From: Phycisphaerales bacterium
Lineage (GTDB): Bacteria > Planctomycetota > Phycisphaerae > Phycisphaerales > UBA1924
Reading direction: 5' to 3'
Length of the DNA: 64,000 nt
NCBI GenBank assembly: GCA_965227775.1
Contig: OZ245777.1
Coordinates: 2,336,001-2,400,000, forward strand
The position numbers and the translations under genes were made by a program. The notes under the pieces were generated by a model that did not search any database, had not been told where the DNA came from, and worked only from the letters and a program-made list of their open reading frames with translations. Below are positions 62,235 to 64,000 of this stretch, piece by piece. Each line of letters opens with the position of its first letter. Within the stretch, counting starts at the first letter, position 1.

Positions 62235-64000
62235 TCAGCCGACGACTTCTGGGTGCTGGCTTGCGCCGAAGTCATTGCCAATCATGGAGTTACCGACAGC
62301 CGACGCTGGCAAAGAAAGCGTCGCGACGGCTCCGATGTCTCGCCCGTTGGCGATGGTGAGCGTTCCTTGCATGAGTTCGGCGAGCCGCTTGGCCCGCGCG
62401 AGCCCAAGCCCGGGCTGCCTTCCGGCGGGCTTCTCCGAGAAGAACGGATCGAACGCGTGGCGGAGGGCGCGGTCGCTCAAGCCTGGGCCTCGATCGGACA
62501 CCTCGAACACCAGGCACTCATCCAGCGGATCGATCCGAACGCTCAGCGTGGCTGGTGCTCCAGTCTCGGCCGCGTTGACCAGCATCTCGGTGAGGATGCG
62601 TTGCACCAAGCCCTCGTCGACAACGGCCTCCTTCGGAGCACCCGACACATCAACCGAGAGATCAAGGCCCGAGCCCATCCGATCGCGGACACTCCTGGCC
62701 ACCGCCTTGGTGAGATGCTTCACATCCGTGGTGCTGGCTTCGGGCCTGGGCGGATCGGCAAACATGTGCAGCGCGCTGATCAGATCGGACAACAGATGCG
62801 AAGCCCCGACCATGGCGCTAGCGGCGCTGCGGACCGATTCGTCGGCCGCCGAGTCGTGCAGCAACTGCGCCCGACCACTGATGACCGTCAGCGGGTTGTT
62901 CATCTCGTGCGCGGCACCGGCCGCCAGCTCGCCGAGCCTTGCCATCGCTTGCGCTTCGCTCAGGCGATCCTGGGCGGCGCTGAGCGCGCGATTCGCTTCG
63001 GCAAGCCGTTCGCCGAGGCGACGCGCGGATTCATGGCGGGCCGCCGCGGCCACGGAGGATGCCCAGACCTCGATAAGGGCGCGCTGCTGCTCGAGTGCAT
63101 CGGATCCATCATGGAGGATCGCGACGGCGGGAGCATCGCTCACGCGCCCGGGCGTCAAAGGCACAAGGCGGATCGACTCGGGCTCCTCGAAGTACCCTGA
63201 AGCGGCACCGCGAAGCCAGGACTCGAGGGGGGTCATCGAAAGCGGCGCATCGATTGATCGCCCGAGCTCTGCCAACGCCTGAGCCACCCGATCGGCACCC
63301 ACCGGCTCGGTCAGCGAAGCGGCGCGTGTCGTCTCGCCCGCGGTCGAGAGCCAGTCCAGACGCCATGGATCGGCTGGGCTCCGTTTCATCAGGATTGCCA
63401 TTCGGTCGGCCTGAAACGCGTCTGCCGCCGAGCGACCGACAGCCGCCAGCGTGCTCGTCAGACCCTTCCCACCGGGCTGCTCTGCCAGGAATCTGGAGAC
63501 CGCCCGCAGCGTCCGCTCACAGCGACCGGCGAGATCGGCTTGCTTTTCGAGGCGTCCGTGGGCGCGGCCGAGCCATGCGTTGGCCTGGGAGATGGAGTCG
63601 AGCAAGAGCCCGGGGCTGTGCGGCCCATCGAGCCCGAGATCGGCGCACCGGGCGGCGACTGCTTCGTGCAAGCCGGCACCGATTCGCTCGAGCATGGGGC
63701 CATCCAGGCCGTACACCGATGCGATCGTCTCGAGTTGCGGCAGCGAGTCGCACTCGCCGCTCCAGCCCAGGTGCAGTGCCCGGGCCAGCCGGTGGGCGGC
63801 TCCCACGACGCTGACCAGTGAGCGATTGCGAAGCTCTCCCATCGCCTCGGGCGGGTGACTGTATAGCCACATCGAATCCTGGATCTCGAGCGGGAGGTTC
63901 CAATGCTCGGCAAGCCGCTTGCCCGCGGTGTGATGGTTAATGCCGATGATGCGGTTGGCTGCGTCCGAAGCCGCGAGCCCGCGCTCTTCGGCCAAGCGCA
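62235..64000 (-). CDS. HDOD-domain sensor histidine kinase (5' part beyond window)
   Basis: HHTAGKRLAEHWNLP (end of HDOD), H-box AHEMNNPL, N-box LVNA, DRGPG, FDPFF, GLGL. Confidence 0.88.
   Translation of the reverse strand, partial: RLAEERGLAASDAANRIIGINHHTAGKRLAEHWNLPLEIQDSMWLYSHPPEAMGELRNRSLVSVVGAAHRLARALHLGWSGECDSLPQLETIASVYGLDGPMLERIGAGLHEAVAARCADLGLDGPHSPGLLLDSISQANAWLGRAHGRLEKQADLAGRCERTLRAVSRFLAEQPGGKGLTSTLAAVGRSAADAFQADRMAILMKRSPADPWRLDWLSTAGETTRAASLTEPVGADRVAQALAELGRSIDAPLSMTPLESWLRGAASGYFEEPESIRLVPLTPGRVSDAPAVAILHDGSDALEQQRALIEVWASSVAAAARHESARRLGERLAEANRALSAAQDRLSEAQAMARLGELAAGAAHEMNNPLTVISGRAQLLHDSAADESVRSAASAMVGASHLLSDLISALHMFADPPRPEASTTDVKHLTKAVARSVRDRMGSGLDLSVDVSGAPKEAVVDEGLVQRILTEMLVNAAETGAPATLSVRIDPLDECLVFEVSDRGPGLSDRALRHAFDPFFSEKPAGRQPGLGLARAKRLAELMQGTLTIANGRDIGAVATLSLPASAVGNSMIGNDFGASQHPEVVG

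Overview
High-GC bacterial chromosomal segment, most likely from a Phycisphaerales-type planctomycete (inferred from five secreted proteins ending in a Cys-bracketed 'GC-type' dockerin). It holds about 56 CDS. Housekeeping genes include lpxI, a tlyA-like gene, obgE, dnaX, ybaB, rnhA, purL, ruvC, ribE, purH, guaB, tig, pheS, atpG, rsmD and ybeY. There is also a type IV pilus cluster (pilT, pilC, three minor pilins, one of them 972 aa), envelope and redox proteins, and signalling genes. I saw no rRNA, tRNA, CRISPR array, transposase or integrase. Main leads: (1) dnaX is split by a complete -1 frameshift cassette, so the long tau form would be the frameshift product, the reverse of E. coli. (2) An XRE-cupin regulator has twin palindromic operators over the promoter of an unannotated 40-aa membrane peptide, followed by two more small ORFs. 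(3) purL shows an abrupt codon-usage break in its 3' part. (4) A dockerin-tagged secretome sits alongside a dockerin-like segment in a giant minor pilin. (5) At least 8 genes look leaderless. All calls rest on motif recognition by eye; no searches were run.
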